Assembly: GCA_046046235.1 (NCBI GenBank)
Contig: JBJOKF010000178.1
Span: forward strand, 1 to 51,654
DNA from: Planctomycetota bacterium
GTDB lineage: Bacteria; Planctomycetota; Planctomycetia; Pirellulales; UBA1268
Reading direction: 5' to 3'
DNA length: 51,654 nucleotides
Shown here: piece by piece, positions 9,757 to 19,346 of the stretch
How positions within the stretch are numbered: the first letter of the stretch is position 1
Layout of the letters: every line of letters starts with the position of its first letter
Translations under genes and position numbers: made by a program
Notes under the pieces: generated by a model
The model's input: only the letters and a program-made list of their open reading frames with translations
What the model was told of the DNA's origin: nothing
The model's database searches: none

Positions 9757-10358
9757 CGGCCCGGGGTCCGATCGACCGGGTCTGGACGGTTCCCAACATC
9801 CTCTCCGCGGCCCGGCTGTTCTTGGCGATCGTGCTCTTCGTCCTGATCGAGCGGCAGCAGCATGCCGCGGCGACCGCGGTGTTCTTCGTGGCGGCGTCGA
9901 CCGACTGGATCGACGGCTGGTGGGCGCGGCGGTTCGGCCAGGTCAGCCGGATCGGGCGGATCTTCGATCCGCTGGTCGACAAGGTGATCGTCTGCGGGGC
10001 GTTCGTGCTGCTGGCGGCCCGCGGCGGGGCGTCGGCCATCGCGCCCTGGATGGCGGTCGTGGTCGTCGTCCGAGAGCTCGTCGTCACCGCGATCCGCGCC
10101 GAGATGGAGCGGATCGGCCGCGATTTCTCCGCGGCCTTTTCGGGCAAGCTGAAGATGGTGCTGCAGTGCCTGGCGATCGGCCTCGAACTGGCCGCGCGGG
10201 CCTGGCCCGAGACGATGGTCGCGGGATCCTCGCTCAGGGCACTGGCCGGCGTGATGGCCTGGGCGGCGATCGCGGCCACGATCTGGTCGGGCGTGGAGTA
10301 TCTGCTGGCCGCCCGCTGCCTTGTCTCGGAGCCCGAGCATGAAGGCCGAGATCGCTGA
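9753..10358 (+). CDS. pgsA: CDP-diacylglycerol--glycerol-3-phosphate 3-phosphatidyltransferase
   Basis: PNILS..R, TDWIDGWWAR...G..FDPLVDK motif; ATGA-coupled to rimO. Confidence 0.93.
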   Translation: MTARGPIDRVWTVPNILSAARLFLAIVLFVLIERQQHAAATAVFFVAASTDWIDGWWARRFGQVSRIGRIFDPLVDKVIVCGAFVLLAARGGASAIAPWMAVVVVVRELVVTAIRAEMERIGRDFSAAFSGKLKMVLQCLAIGLELAARAWPETMVAGSSLRALAGVMAWAAIAATIWSGVEYLLAARCLVSEPEHEGRDR

Positions 10359-11196
10359 CGCCGTGGCATCTCCGGCGGCGGACCCGTTCGCCGGCTGGGC
10401 CGTGGCCGCCGTCGCCCTGGCCGCGAGCCTGGCCGTGCTCTGGACGATCGTCCGGCGGCGGCGTCTGGGGCTGCCCGCCGTCGAGCCGCGGCCGCATCCG
10501 CAGGCGCCCTGGACCGGTGCCGACGTGGCCGCCGCCGTGATCACCTTCTTCGGGCTGCAGGTGCTCGCCGTCGGCGGCCTGCCGGCGGATGCGTCGCTGC
10601 GCGCAAGGCTCGCGGCCGGCAGCCTGTCGATGCTCGCCGCCACGGGCCTCACGCTCGCGACGCTCCGCTCCCGCGGGATCTCATGGCCGGCGCTGCGGCT
10701 GCCCGCTGGCCGCGTGGCGAGCGATCTGCGGCTGGCCGTCGCAGCCCTCTGCCTGCTCGTCGCGCCCCTCCTCGGGATGGCCGCCGTGCTCGACAGGCTC
10801 GAGCCCTATCGCCATGTGATCGTCGATTTCCTGGCGGCCAATCGCGACCCGCTCTCGATCGGGCTGGTCTGCTTCGCGGCGGTGGTCGCCGCGCCGATCG
10901 CGGAGGAAGTTCTCTTTCGCGGCCTGCTCCAGGGCTGGCTCGAGACGCTGCTCGGCGGCCTCGTGCCCGGCCGTGCGGGGCCGCTGGCGATCGCCTTCTC
11001 ATCGGCGGCCTTCGCCCTGGCCCATCTCGGCCAGGGCCTGGCCTGGCTGCCGCTCTTCTTCTTCGGCTGGGTGGCGGGCTATCTGGCCCTGCAGACCGGG
11101 TCGCTCCTCCCCGGGATCATCCTCCACGCCCTGTTCAATGCCGTGAGCGTCGTCATGCTCCTCCTGCAATCCGCCCCGGCCGGAAGCTCGGGCTGA
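10339..11196 (+). CDS. CPBP (Abi/CAAX) family intramembrane metalloprotease
   Basis: APIAEEVLFRG, FALAH, HALFN; multiple TM helices. Confidence 0.92.
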   Translation: MKAEIADAVASPAADPFAGWAVAAVALAASLAVLWTIVRRRRLGLPAVEPRPHPQAPWTGADVAAAVITFFGLQVLAVGGLPADASLRARLAAGSLSMLAATGLTLATLRSRGISWPALRLPAGRVASDLRLAVAALCLLVAPLLGMAAVLDRLEPYRHVIVDFLAANRDPLSIGLVCFAAVVAAPIAEEVLFRGLLQGWLETLLGGLVPGRAGPLAIAFSSAAFALAHLGQGLAWLPLFFFGWVAGYLALQTGSLLPGIILHALFNAVSVVMLLLQSAPAGSSG

Positions 11197-11352
11197 CCCG
11201 GCACGGGGCCGCAGGCCGCAGAGCCGCCCCAGTGTGCCGCCCGGTGGAGGCGGGGCGGCCGGCGAACCGATCTGGTTGTCGGCGGGCCGGTCGGCGACAA
11301 TCGTGCCCGCGAGGCGCAGGGACGCCCCTCCTAGAACTGTCAGGATGACAGG

Positions 11353-12294
11353 ATGACTGTGATGCGGCAGAGGCTCGGCAAGCTGGCGGTCGACGCGGTC
11401 GCCTACGCCGCCGTCCGCGTGCTGATCTGCGTGGTGCAGTCGCTGCCGCGGGAAACCTGCGAGCGGGTCGCCCGGTCCTGGTCCCACCTGCTCGCCAACC
11501 GGCTGCGGATCCGCCGCGGAGTCGTCCGCGACAACCTCCGCCAGGCCTTTCCCGAGCAGACGCCCGAGCAGCTCCGCGAGATCGCCCGCGGGATGTGGGA
11601 GCATCTGCTGCTGATGGTGATCGAGATCGCCCACTCGGAGCGGGTGATCCGCAAGACGACCTGGCGCCGGCACCTGCGGATCCACGGCATGGAGCGGGCG
11701 GTGCGCGAGCTGTGGGCCGACCGGCCCAAGGTGATCCTGTCCGGCCACTTCGGCAACTTCGAGATGTCGGCCTTCGTCTTCGGGCTCTTCGGCTTCCGGA
11801 TCTATTCCGTGGCCCGCGAACTCGACAACCCGTTCCTCGACCGGTTCGTCACCCGCTTCCGCGAGGCCCGCGGCCAGGTGATCCTCCCGAAAAAGGGGAG
11901 CGCGCCGGACGTGGCGCTGGTGCTCGAGAACCATGGCGTGATCGGGCTGCTCGGCGACCAGGCCGCCGGCCCGCGGGGCTGCTGGGTCGACTTCTTCGGC
12001 CGCCCCGCCAGCGTCCACAAGGCGATCGGCGTCTTCTCGCTCTCCTCCGCGGCGCCGATGCTCGTCTGCTCCGCCACCCGCCGCCGTCGGCTCTTCGACT
12101 ACGACCTGCGGCTGGAAGGAGTGGCAGACCCGGCCGCCGGGGGGCCGGAAGTGTCCGACCTGCGCGCGATCTCGCAGTGGTACACGGCGCTGCTCGAGAA
12201 GGCCATCCGCCGCTCCCCCTCCCAATATTGGTGGGTGCATCGACGATGGCGGGGCGAACCCGCAAAGGCTACAGTGACCCGCTCGGCTGCCTAG
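11353..12294 (+). CDS. Lipid A late acyltransferase (LpxL/HtrB-like) / lysophospholipid acyltransferase
   Basis: NLRQAFPE, GHFGNFE (HxxxxD/E), DQ..G...V.FFG, P.QYWWVHRRW. Confidence 0.88.
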   Translation: MTVMRQRLGKLAVDAVAYAAVRVLICVVQSLPRETCERVARSWSHLLANRLRIRRGVVRDNLRQAFPEQTPEQLREIARGMWEHLLLMVIEIAHSERVIRKTTWRRHLRIHGMERAVRELWADRPKVILSGHFGNFEMSAFVFGLFGFRIYSVARELDNPFLDRFVTRFREARGQVILPKKGSAPDVALVLENHGVIGLLGDQAAGPRGCWVDFFGRPASVHKAIGVFSLSSAAPMLVCSATRRRRLFDYDLRLEGVADPAAGGPEVSDLRAISQWYTALLEKAIRRSPSQYWWVHRRWRGEPAKATVTRSAA

Positions 12295-12369
12295 CTTCCC
12301 CGTGGCCGACAGCCTCGCGGCGCCCGCCCGGGTCCGCCCCACCCACAGGCTCGGTCACCGTTCCCTGCC

Positions 12370-12708
12370 ATGAACGACTGGATCCCGATCGCTGACGCGA
12401 GCGAATGCCCGGTCGGCGCGAGCATCGAGCGGGTGGCCGCCGGCCGGATGGTGGCGATCGCCAACGTCGACGGCACCTATCACGCGATCGACGGCCTCTG
12501 CCCGCATCAGGGCGGCCCGCTCGGCACCGGGGCCCTGTGCGGCACCGTGCTCACATGCCCGTGGCACGGCTGGCAGTTCGACGTGACGACGGGCCGCCAT
12601 GGCTCGAGCGCGACGGTGCGGCAGGTGGTGCACGAGGTGCGGGTCGAGGACGGTCGCATCCACGTGCGGCTGGCGCCCGACGGCCCTGCGGGAGAGCGGC
12701 CGGCGTGA
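12370..12708 (+). CDS. Rieske [2Fe-2S] ferredoxin
   Basis: CPHQGGPL...CPWHGWQFD. Confidence 0.93.
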   Translation: MNDWIPIADASECPVGASIERVAAGRMVAIANVDGTYHAIDGLCPHQGGPLGTGALCGTVLTCPWHGWQFDVTTGRHGSSATVRQVVHEVRVEDGRIHVRLAPDGPAGERPA

Positions 12709-13652
12709 TCGAGTTTCGCTGCTTCCGCAACGACGATCCGCCACGCCTGGCCGACGCCTGGCGGTGGGCCGATCTCGGTTCCGCGGCCATGCAGCCGATG
12801 ACCTCGATGCTTCTCGAGTCCGCCGTCTTCTCCAAGCCCTACTTCGACCGCGAGGGGCTCGTCGTGGCGCTCGAGGACGGCCGCGCGGTGGGTTTCGCCC
12901 ATGCGGGCTTCGGGCCGAACGCCGAGCAGTCGGCGCTCGACACGAGCGTCGGGACGACCTTCCTGGTCGTGGTCGTCCCGCACGCGGAAGAGCCGCGGAT
13001 CGGCGCCGAACTGCTCGCCCGCTGCGAAGACTATCTGCGGAGCCGCGGCGCGACCACGCTGCTCGGGGGCGGGTCGCCCGCCATGCGGAGCTTCTACCTC
13101 GGGCTGTACGGGGGCGCCGACCTACCGGGCATCCTCGACTCCTCGCCCGGCATGCAGGCCTGCTTTCGCCGCGCCGGCTACGTCGACGCGGAGCGGATCG
13201 CCGTGCTCCGCCGCCCGCTCGCCGGCTACCGTCCGCCCGTCAACCGCCTGCAACTGGCGATCCGCCGCGCGACGACGATGCGGGTGATCGACGAGCCGGC
13301 CCGCCGGACCTGGTGGGAGGCCGCGACGACCAACGGCATCGCCCTGCGACGTTATGAACTGCGGGCCGCCGGCGAGGATCTGCTCGGGACGGCGACGTTT
13401 TGGGACGTGCAGCCGCTGGCATCGGCCTGGGCCGCGTCGGTCGCCGGCATGCTCCACACCGGCATCGAGGGGCCGCGGCGGCGGCAGGGGCTCGCCCACT
13501 ACATGGTGGCCGAGGCGCTCCACGATCTGGCCCAGGAGGGCGCCACGCTGGCGGAGACGCACGTGGCCGAGGCGAACGAGGCGGCGCTCGGGCTCTTCAT
13601 GAAGCTCGGCTTCGAAGCGGCCGCCCGCGGCACGGTCTTTCGCAAGCCGTAG
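12705..13652 (+). CDS. Tandem GNAT-family N-acetyltransferase
   Basis: GTGA overlap with the Rieske gene; RRRQGLA acetyl-CoA motif, N..A..L..KLGF. Confidence 0.85.
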   Translation: MIEFRCFRNDDPPRLADAWRWADLGSAAMQPMTSMLLESAVFSKPYFDREGLVVALEDGRAVGFAHAGFGPNAEQSALDTSVGTTFLVVVVPHAEEPRIGAELLARCEDYLRSRGATTLLGGGSPAMRSFYLGLYGGADLPGILDSSPGMQACFRRAGYVDAERIAVLRRPLAGYRPPVNRLQLAIRRATTMRVIDEPARRTWWEAATTNGIALRRYELRAAGEDLLGTATFWDVQPLASAWAASVAGMLHTGIEGPRRRQGLAHYMVAEALHDLAQEGATLAETHVAEANEAALGLFMKLGFEAAARGTVFRKP

Positions 13653-13715
13653 GCGGCGGCTGCTGCCGAACGACACGATGAAATCTTGCCGCCACAGGGC
13701 GGGGTGACCGTCGAT

Positions 13716-14660
13716 TCACCGCTCGGGCGGTGCGAGCGATTCGACGTGGGCACGCAGCATGGCGGAGAGGTCGGGCGTGGCCGATTCCGCCTGGCGGATG
13801 CGGACCGAAAGCGGGGCCGTCTTCGCGTCGCGGCGGACGTCCGTGAGGAAGTCCTGCAGCAGCCGGCGGCGCTCGGGGGTGGTGCGGAGGAGCCAGTGCG
13901 TCCAGCACCAGGCCTCGGCGTAGTGGTCCTGCGAGAGCTCGCCGGCCGAGGCGAGCGCCTCCATCCGCTCGAGGTCGGGCCGCCAGGTGCCCTCGAGCAG
14001 CCGGCCCGAGAGGTGCGCGACATGGGCGGCGTGCACGCCCTGGTCGCTCCGCGGCAGCTCGAAGAACTCGGCGACGCCCTCGTCGAGCCAGAGGGGAATC
14101 GTCGGTACGACGGCATGCACGTAGCCGTGCGTCGTCTCGTGCCGCAGGTCCTCGGCGATCCGGTCCTGCCAGGCCGCGAAGACGGAGAGCGTGGTGTCGG
14201 TCTCGACGAAAAAAGCCCGCCGCGCCGGGAAGGCCGGGAAGTGGCGGGCGGCGAAGGCCTCGTACCGTTCCTTCGTCTCGAAGAGGTAGAGGTGGACCGG
14301 CTCGTCGGAGATCGGCAGGCCGAGCTGCTGGCTCACGTCGGCGCGGAGGCTCTCGAGCTCGCGGACGATCCGGTGCTGCTCGGCCAGGGGAAAGTCGCTG
14401 TGGATGACGAGCTGGCCCGCGACGATCTCTGCCCGCGAGGGCAGCTCGCTGGCGTTGGCCCAGGGCAGCGTCGCGGAGCGGGGCAGGGCGGCGGAAGCAT
14501 TCCAGCCGGGGGCGTGCGCGACGTGCGCGCAGCCGCAGGCTGCGGCCAGCAGGCAGCCGGCGGCCGCCCACACGGGTCGGCGCGTCCGCGAGGGCGTCGC
14601 GATGAGGGGAGAGTGTCTCAAAGTGGCCGGGATGCTAGCGATCCGAGCGTTCCGGGCCAA
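13716..14660 (-). CDS. DUF1570-like HExxH zinc-peptidase-family protein, probable lipoprotein
   Basis: LRHETTHG, PLWLDEGVAEFFE, YAEAW; lipobox-like LLAAACGC. Start uncertain. Confidence 0.8.
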   Translation of the reverse strand: MARNARIASIPATLRHSPLIATPSRTRRPVWAAAGCLLAAACGCAHVAHAPGWNASAALPRSATLPWANASELPSRAEIVAGQLVIHSDFPLAEQHRIVRELESLRADVSQQLGLPISDEPVHLYLFETKERYEAFAARHFPAFPARRAFFVETDTTLSVFAAWQDRIAEDLRHETTHGYVHAVVPTIPLWLDEGVAEFFELPRSDQGVHAAHVAHLSGRLLEGTWRPDLERMEALASAGELSQDHYAEAWCWTHWLLRTTPERRRLLQDFLTDVRRDAKTAPLSVRIRQAESATPDLSAMLRAHVESLAPPER

Positions 14661-15546
14661 GGTGGCTTCGCGGGACCGCGCGGCTCAGTGACAGCATCGT
14701 GCCGGCGAGCACGTCCAGCGGCACGGGGCGGCCCAGGACCGCGGCGGCGCCGGCCCGGAGGGCGATCTCGACGGCATCGCCCCGGGGAAAGCTCTCGAGC
14801 AGCACGACCGCCACGCCGGGCCGGTTGGCGGCCATGAGCCGGAGCCATTCGAAGTCGCCCGCCGCGAGCCTGCCGACATCCCAGATGACGGTTCGTGCGG
14901 CTGCGTCGAGGCTCGGGCGGCCCACGGCCCGGCCCGCCACGCGGCAGCCGGCGGCCGTGAGCAGATCGGCCAGCGGCTCGAGATCCTCATCGCGCGGCGC
15001 CGCGATCGACACATCCGTCGGTGGCAGCCTTCCTGAGCCGGCGGGGTGGCTGAGCGGCGACAACGATTCGAGCAGCCGTTCCTCGCGGCGGGCCGTCGTC
15101 GGCAGCCCGAGGCCGGCGGGCCGCCGTTCCTCGAGGCCGGCCAACCACCAGCCGCACCGGCCGCCGAGATGATGCCACGCGACCTCCTCGACGCCGGGAA
15201 GCTGCGGCCCGCTGCGGCGGCTGCCGTCCGACAGGCTCGCCGCCACCGACACGATCGGCGCCAGCGGCCAACGGCGCGACAGCAAGACCGCTTCGGCGGG
15301 CGGCCAGCGGCCAGGCCGGTCGGACGCGAGCACGATGAACAGCGGCGACGATCGCGCGCCGGTGCCGCAAGCCGAGGTCGCGGCCTGCGGATGCGGCGCG
15401 TCGACCACCTGCACCTGCTCGGCCACCGCTGCGCGCGCGAGGCCGAGTTCGCCGCGACCCGCGGAGCCGACCCAGAGGATCCACCGGCCGCTGTCTTCGT
15501 CGCCGATGGAGCGGGTCGCCGCGCGGGCTGGAAGGGAGGTCGCCAT
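14635..15546 (-). CDS. Hypothetical protein with degenerate receiver-like domain(s)
   Basis: C-terminal half has CheY-like spacing (LADLLTAAG, VIWD, VVLL, ALRAGAAAVLGRP). Start MATSLP inferred within track ORF 14635..16479. Confidence 0.6.
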   Translation of the reverse strand: MATSLPARAATRSIGDEDSGRWILWVGSAGRGELGLARAAVAEQVQVVDAPHPQAATSACGTGARSSPLFIVLASDRPGRWPPAEAVLLSRRWPLAPIVSVAASLSDGSRRSGPQLPGVEEVAWHHLGGRCGWWLAGLEERRPAGLGLPTTARREERLLESLSPLSHPAGSGRLPPTDVSIAAPRDEDLEPLADLLTAAGCRVAGRAVGRPSLDAAARTVIWDVGRLAAGDFEWLRLMAANRPGVAVVLLESFPRGDAVEIALRAGAAAVLGRPVPLDVLAGTMLSLSRAVPRSHLGPERSDR

Positions 15547-15777
15547 TCTTCCCATCGTCCCGCGCCTGCCGCCGCGCAGGCAAGTTGGGCGGGCTGCGGG
15601 GCGGTCGTCATGCCGCCGCAAAGGCGACCTTGACCCGCGCCGGACCCCGCGCACAATCAGCCGCCGTCGTGTCCAAGGATGGATCCGACAAGGGTTTTCT
15701 TCGACGTTCGGGCGATCTCGCCGCCGGTTGCTGCGGCGGGCCGCCCGGGCGAGCAGCGCGAGCAGGCAGGAGGCCAC

Positions 15778-17361
15778 ATGTCCGACGATTCGTTCCCCGT
15801 CCACGACGCTCGCGACGGCACGGCGAAATCCAGGCCGGGGCGCCGGGGAGACGCCGGCCGGGGCGTGCGGCTGGCCGAACTGTTCCCCCAGGCCAGGTTC
15901 TACGCCGGTGACGACATCCTGGCCGTGGGATACAGCGACCAGGCCGCCCGGTGCCGGCCCGGCGACGTGTTCGTGGCCCGGCTGGACGGACGCCACGATG
16001 GGCACGACGACATCGAGCGGGCGCTGGCTCGCGGCGCCATCGGCGTGGTCGCCGACCGCATGGTGCCGACGTTCGGCACGCCGTTGTGCGTCGTCGACGA
16101 CACGAACCGGGCCGCGGCCAGGTTGGCGCACGCGTTGGCGGGCGATCCCTCCCGCGGCATGAAGGTGATCGCCATCACCGGCACCAGCGGCAAGACGACC
16201 ACGGCCTGGCTGGCGGCCTCGGTCCTGGCCGAGGCCGGCCTGCGGGTCGGGGTGCTCTCCGATCTCGGCTGCCTGGCGGCCGACGATGCGGAACCTGTCG
16301 CGGCCGATCTGGCCCGGCCTCAGGTGCTCGCCGGCTGGCTCCGGCGCCTGCGGGATGACGGCTGCACGCACGTGGTCCTGGAGGTGTCGAGCGCCATGCT
16401 CGCCACACACGCCCTTGTCGGCGTCGTCTGCGATACCGTGACCGTGACCAACCTCGCCGCCGATCATCTCGACTTGCACGGCACGGCACGGGCCTACCGT
16501 GCCGTCACCTCACGCATTCTCGATGCGCTCTCCCCCTCGGGCTGCCTGGTCGCCGGGACCGACGACGCCCGAGTGCGCCGCCTCGCCGAGCGGTTTCCGG
16601 CCGGCGACCGCGGCGAGTTGATCACCGCCGGCCTCGATCCGGCCGCGGCCGTGACGGCGACGCCCGTCGAGCGGAGCCTCTTCGGTCAGACGTTTCTCGT
16701 GACGGTCGCGGGCCAGGTGATGCCCGTGGCGGTGTCGACTCCGCTGGCGTCGTTCGCGCGGGACGTGCTGCTGGCCGTGGCCGTGGGCCTGCGGCAGCGG
16801 GTGCCGCTCGAACGGATCGCCCGCGGCATCGAGGCGGCGGGTGCCGTGGCGGGCCGCATGGAGCGGATCGACCGCGGCCAGCCACACGCCGCGTTTCTCG
16901 ATCATCCCACCAGCGGCCACGGTCTGGCCGCCACGCTCGCGGGGCTCAAGCATCTCACCAGGGGCCGGCTCGTCGTGGTCGCCGAGGCGGGCTGTGCCGC
17001 GCGGCTCGTAGCCGACGTGCACGGCGGCCGGCGCGGCGGCCGTGCCGCCGACCGGGCGGCTGCGACCTTCTCCCGGCGGGCGCTCCGCTGGGCCGACGAC
17101 TGTCTCGTGGTGCCGCCGACGCTCTTGGACGACGGCGCGCAGCCGGTCGATCTCCTGGCCTACGCCCGGCTCGACCGCCTGCTCTCGGGCCTGACCGCGG
17201 ACGACTGCCTGCTCGTGCTCGGCGGTGTTCCCGTTGGGGGGCACAGGCCCACGGAGCCCGACGGTGACGGCGATCCCTTGCCGTTGGCCACGGTCGTCGA
17301 TGGCTGGTTGCGGCTGGCCAACGTGCCGCCGTCGTACGAGGCGAATCGTCGCGCCGCCTGA
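15778..17361 (+). CDS. murE: MurE-like Mur ligase, apparently degenerate
   Basis: AGGAGG RBS; PGDVFVA, ITGTSGKTTT, LEVSS, TNL..DHLD.HG, GRME. DYAH, DNPR and GKGHE motifs are not found. Confidence 0.8.
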   Translation: MSDDSFPVHDARDGTAKSRPGRRGDAGRGVRLAELFPQARFYAGDDILAVGYSDQAARCRPGDVFVARLDGRHDGHDDIERALARGAIGVVADRMVPTFGTPLCVVDDTNRAAARLAHALAGDPSRGMKVIAITGTSGKTTTAWLAASVLAEAGLRVGVLSDLGCLAADDAEPVAADLARPQVLAGWLRRLRDDGCTHVVLEVSSAMLATHALVGVVCDTVTVTNLAADHLDLHGTARAYRAVTSRILDALSPSGCLVAGTDDARVRRLAERFPAGDRGELITAGLDPAAAVTATPVERSLFGQTFLVTVAGQVMPVAVSTPLASFARDVLLAVAVGLRQRVPLERIARGIEAAGAVAGRMERIDRGQPHAAFLDHPTSGHGLAATLAGLKHLTRGRLVVVAEAGCAARLVADVHGGRRGGRAADRAAATFSRRALRWADDCLVVPPTLLDDGAQPVDLLAYARLDRLLSGLTADDCLLVLGGVPVGGHRPTEPDGDGDPLPLATVVDGWLRLANVPPSYEANRRAA

Positions 17362-17487
17362 CCGCTGCCGGTCGCCAGATGGACGCGATACCGCTCCCTC
17401 GGGCACAATACCGCCGCGGCCGTCGACCTCGGCGACCGGGACCCGACGCGACCAGTCACGACCAGCCAGACGACGCAGGTGCAAGCG

Positions 17488-18426
17488 ATGAAGTCTCGTG
17501 TGAATGGAACCACCGCGGAGCCGAAGCCGACCGCCCAGGCGGCCGCAGGCACGCCGTTCGACGACCTCGGCCTGGCGGTCTCGTGCCGCGAGCCGCTCTC
17601 ACACCACACGTGGCTGGGGATCGGCGGCGAAGCGGCGTATTTCTGCGAGCCGGTGGACGTGGACGCGCTCTCGCGGCTCGTCCGCCGCTGCCAGGAGCGC
17701 AGCCTGCCGCTGCGGGTGATCGGTGGCGGATCCAACGTGCTCGTGCCCTCGGCCGGGTTCCAGGGGCTCGTGGTGCGGCTGTCGGCGCCGGCCTTCTGCG
17801 GCATCCAGGTGGAGCGGCCCATGCTGCGGGCGGGCGCCGGCGCGAAACTCGTGCACGTGGTCTCGGCGGCTGTGCAGGCGGGCCTGTCTGGCATCGAGAC
17901 GCTCGTCGGCATCCCGGGCACGGTGGGCGGGGCGCTCGTGGGCAACGCCGGCGGCCACGGCGGCGACATCGGGGAACGGGTTCGCGAGGTCACCGTGATG
18001 TTGCCCGACGGCACGACCGAGGCCCGCACCGGCGCGAAGCTGGCCTTTGAGTCGCGGTGGAGCAACCTCAACGACTGCATCGTCATCGGCTGCCGCCTCG
18101 AACTCGACGAGGAAGACCCCGAGCGGCTCACCAAGCGGATGCAGAAGCAGTGGATCGTCGAGCGGACCGAGCAGCCTTCGGGCACCCGCACCGTGGCGAT
18201 GATGTTCAAGGATCCGCTCGGCACCACGGCCGAGTCGCTCGTGGTGCAGGCCGGCGCCCGCGACCTGCGGGTCGGCGAGGCTGCCGTGCATGCGCCCCGG
18301 GCCAACTATGTCGTGGCGTCGCCGAGCTGTTCGAGCGACGACGTGCGGGCGCTCATCGAGCAGGTGCGGGCGAAGGTCCGTGACCGGCTCGGTGTGGAGC
18401 TCGCGCCGCAGATCGCCGTCTGGTGA
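17488..18426 (+). CDS. murB: MurB-like FAD-binding protein, catalytic residues altered
   Basis: HT..GIGG.A, IGGGSNVL, GIPGTVGGALVGNAG; AMMFKDP in place of GS/CxFKNP. Confidence 0.85.
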   Translation: MKSRVNGTTAEPKPTAQAAAGTPFDDLGLAVSCREPLSHHTWLGIGGEAAYFCEPVDVDALSRLVRRCQERSLPLRVIGGGSNVLVPSAGFQGLVVRLSAPAFCGIQVERPMLRAGAGAKLVHVVSAAVQAGLSGIETLVGIPGTVGGALVGNAGGHGGDIGERVREVTVMLPDGTTEARTGAKLAFESRWSNLNDCIVIGCRLELDEEDPERLTKRMQKQWIVERTEQPSGTRTVAMMFKDPLGTTAESLVVQAGARDLRVGEAAVHAPRANYVVASPSCSSDDVRALIEQVRAKVRDRLGVELAPQIAVW

Positions 18427-19337
18427 AAAGGCCCGCCGCCCCCATGGTCGCCCCGTCACGACGCGGAAGGCCGATGCCGGAGGATCCGCCCGAGGCGGGC
18501 GGCCTCGGACGTTTCATCCAGGAGCACCGGGCGGGGCTCTTGGCGACGGCGATCGTCGCCGCCGCGGCCATCACCGGCTGGATCGTCTGGTCGCAGGTCG
18601 GCGGCCGGGCGGCCGCCCAGGCCGACGCCGTGCTCCTGCCCGAGCGGGTGACGCTCGAAGGAGTGGCGCCCTGGGTCCGCAGCGACCTGAAAGCTGAGGC
18701 GCTCCGCAACGCGAGCCTCGACGGCGGCCTGCCGCTCGACGATCCTGAACTGCCGCGGCGGCTCGCGCGGGCTTTCGACATGCATCCGTGGGTGCGGCAG
18801 GTGGAGCGGGTGAGCCTCGCGCATCCCGCGGCCGCGACGGTGACGATCGCCTGCCGCGAGCCGGTGGCGATGGTGGGCGTGCAGGGCGGCCTCCTGGCGA
18901 TCGACGCCGAAGGAGTCGTGCTGCCGAGCGCCGACTTCACCGCCGAGGCGGCGGCGACCTATCCGCGGATCGCCGGCATCGAGTCGAGCCCGCAGGGGCC
19001 GGAAGGATCGGCCTGGGGCGACCCGGCGGTCGAGGAGGCTGCTGCCCTCGCCGTCGCGATCGGTCCGGAATGGCAATCGCTCGGGCTTGTCGAATGCCGC
19101 CCGGTCGGCAAGGCGGCTTTACGTCGCTGGGAGTTGCTGGGGCCCGAGTCGCGGCGGATCGTGTTCGGGTCGGCGCCGGGACGGGAGGTGGCCGGCGAGC
19201 CGGGGGCCGCCGCCAAGGTCGCGCGACTGCGGATGCTCGCCGCCGACGCCGCAGCGGCCGCGGCCGGGCAACTCGACCTCACGCAGGCGGCCGACGATGC
19301 GTCGGGCCGATCGATTCCATCGATCCCCGCGCCGTGA
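18423..19337 (+). CDS. FtsQ/DivIB-like bitopic membrane protein
   Basis: Single N-terminal TM; HPWVRQVERV, REPVAMV, IDAEGVVLP, P.I.G pattern of the FtsQ POTRA/beta domains; GTGA-coupled to murB. Confidence 0.7.
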   Translation: MKRPAAPMVAPSRRGRPMPEDPPEAGGLGRFIQEHRAGLLATAIVAAAAITGWIVWSQVGGRAAAQADAVLLPERVTLEGVAPWVRSDLKAEALRNASLDGGLPLDDPELPRRLARAFDMHPWVRQVERVSLAHPAAATVTIACREPVAMVGVQGGLLAIDAEGVVLPSADFTAEAAATYPRIAGIESSPQGPEGSAWGDPAVEEAAALAVAIGPEWQSLGLVECRPVGKAALRRWELLGPESRRIVFGSAPGREVAGEPGAAAKVARLRMLAADAAAAAAGQLDLTQAADDASGRSIPSIPAP

Positions 19338-19346
19338 CGCGTGCCG

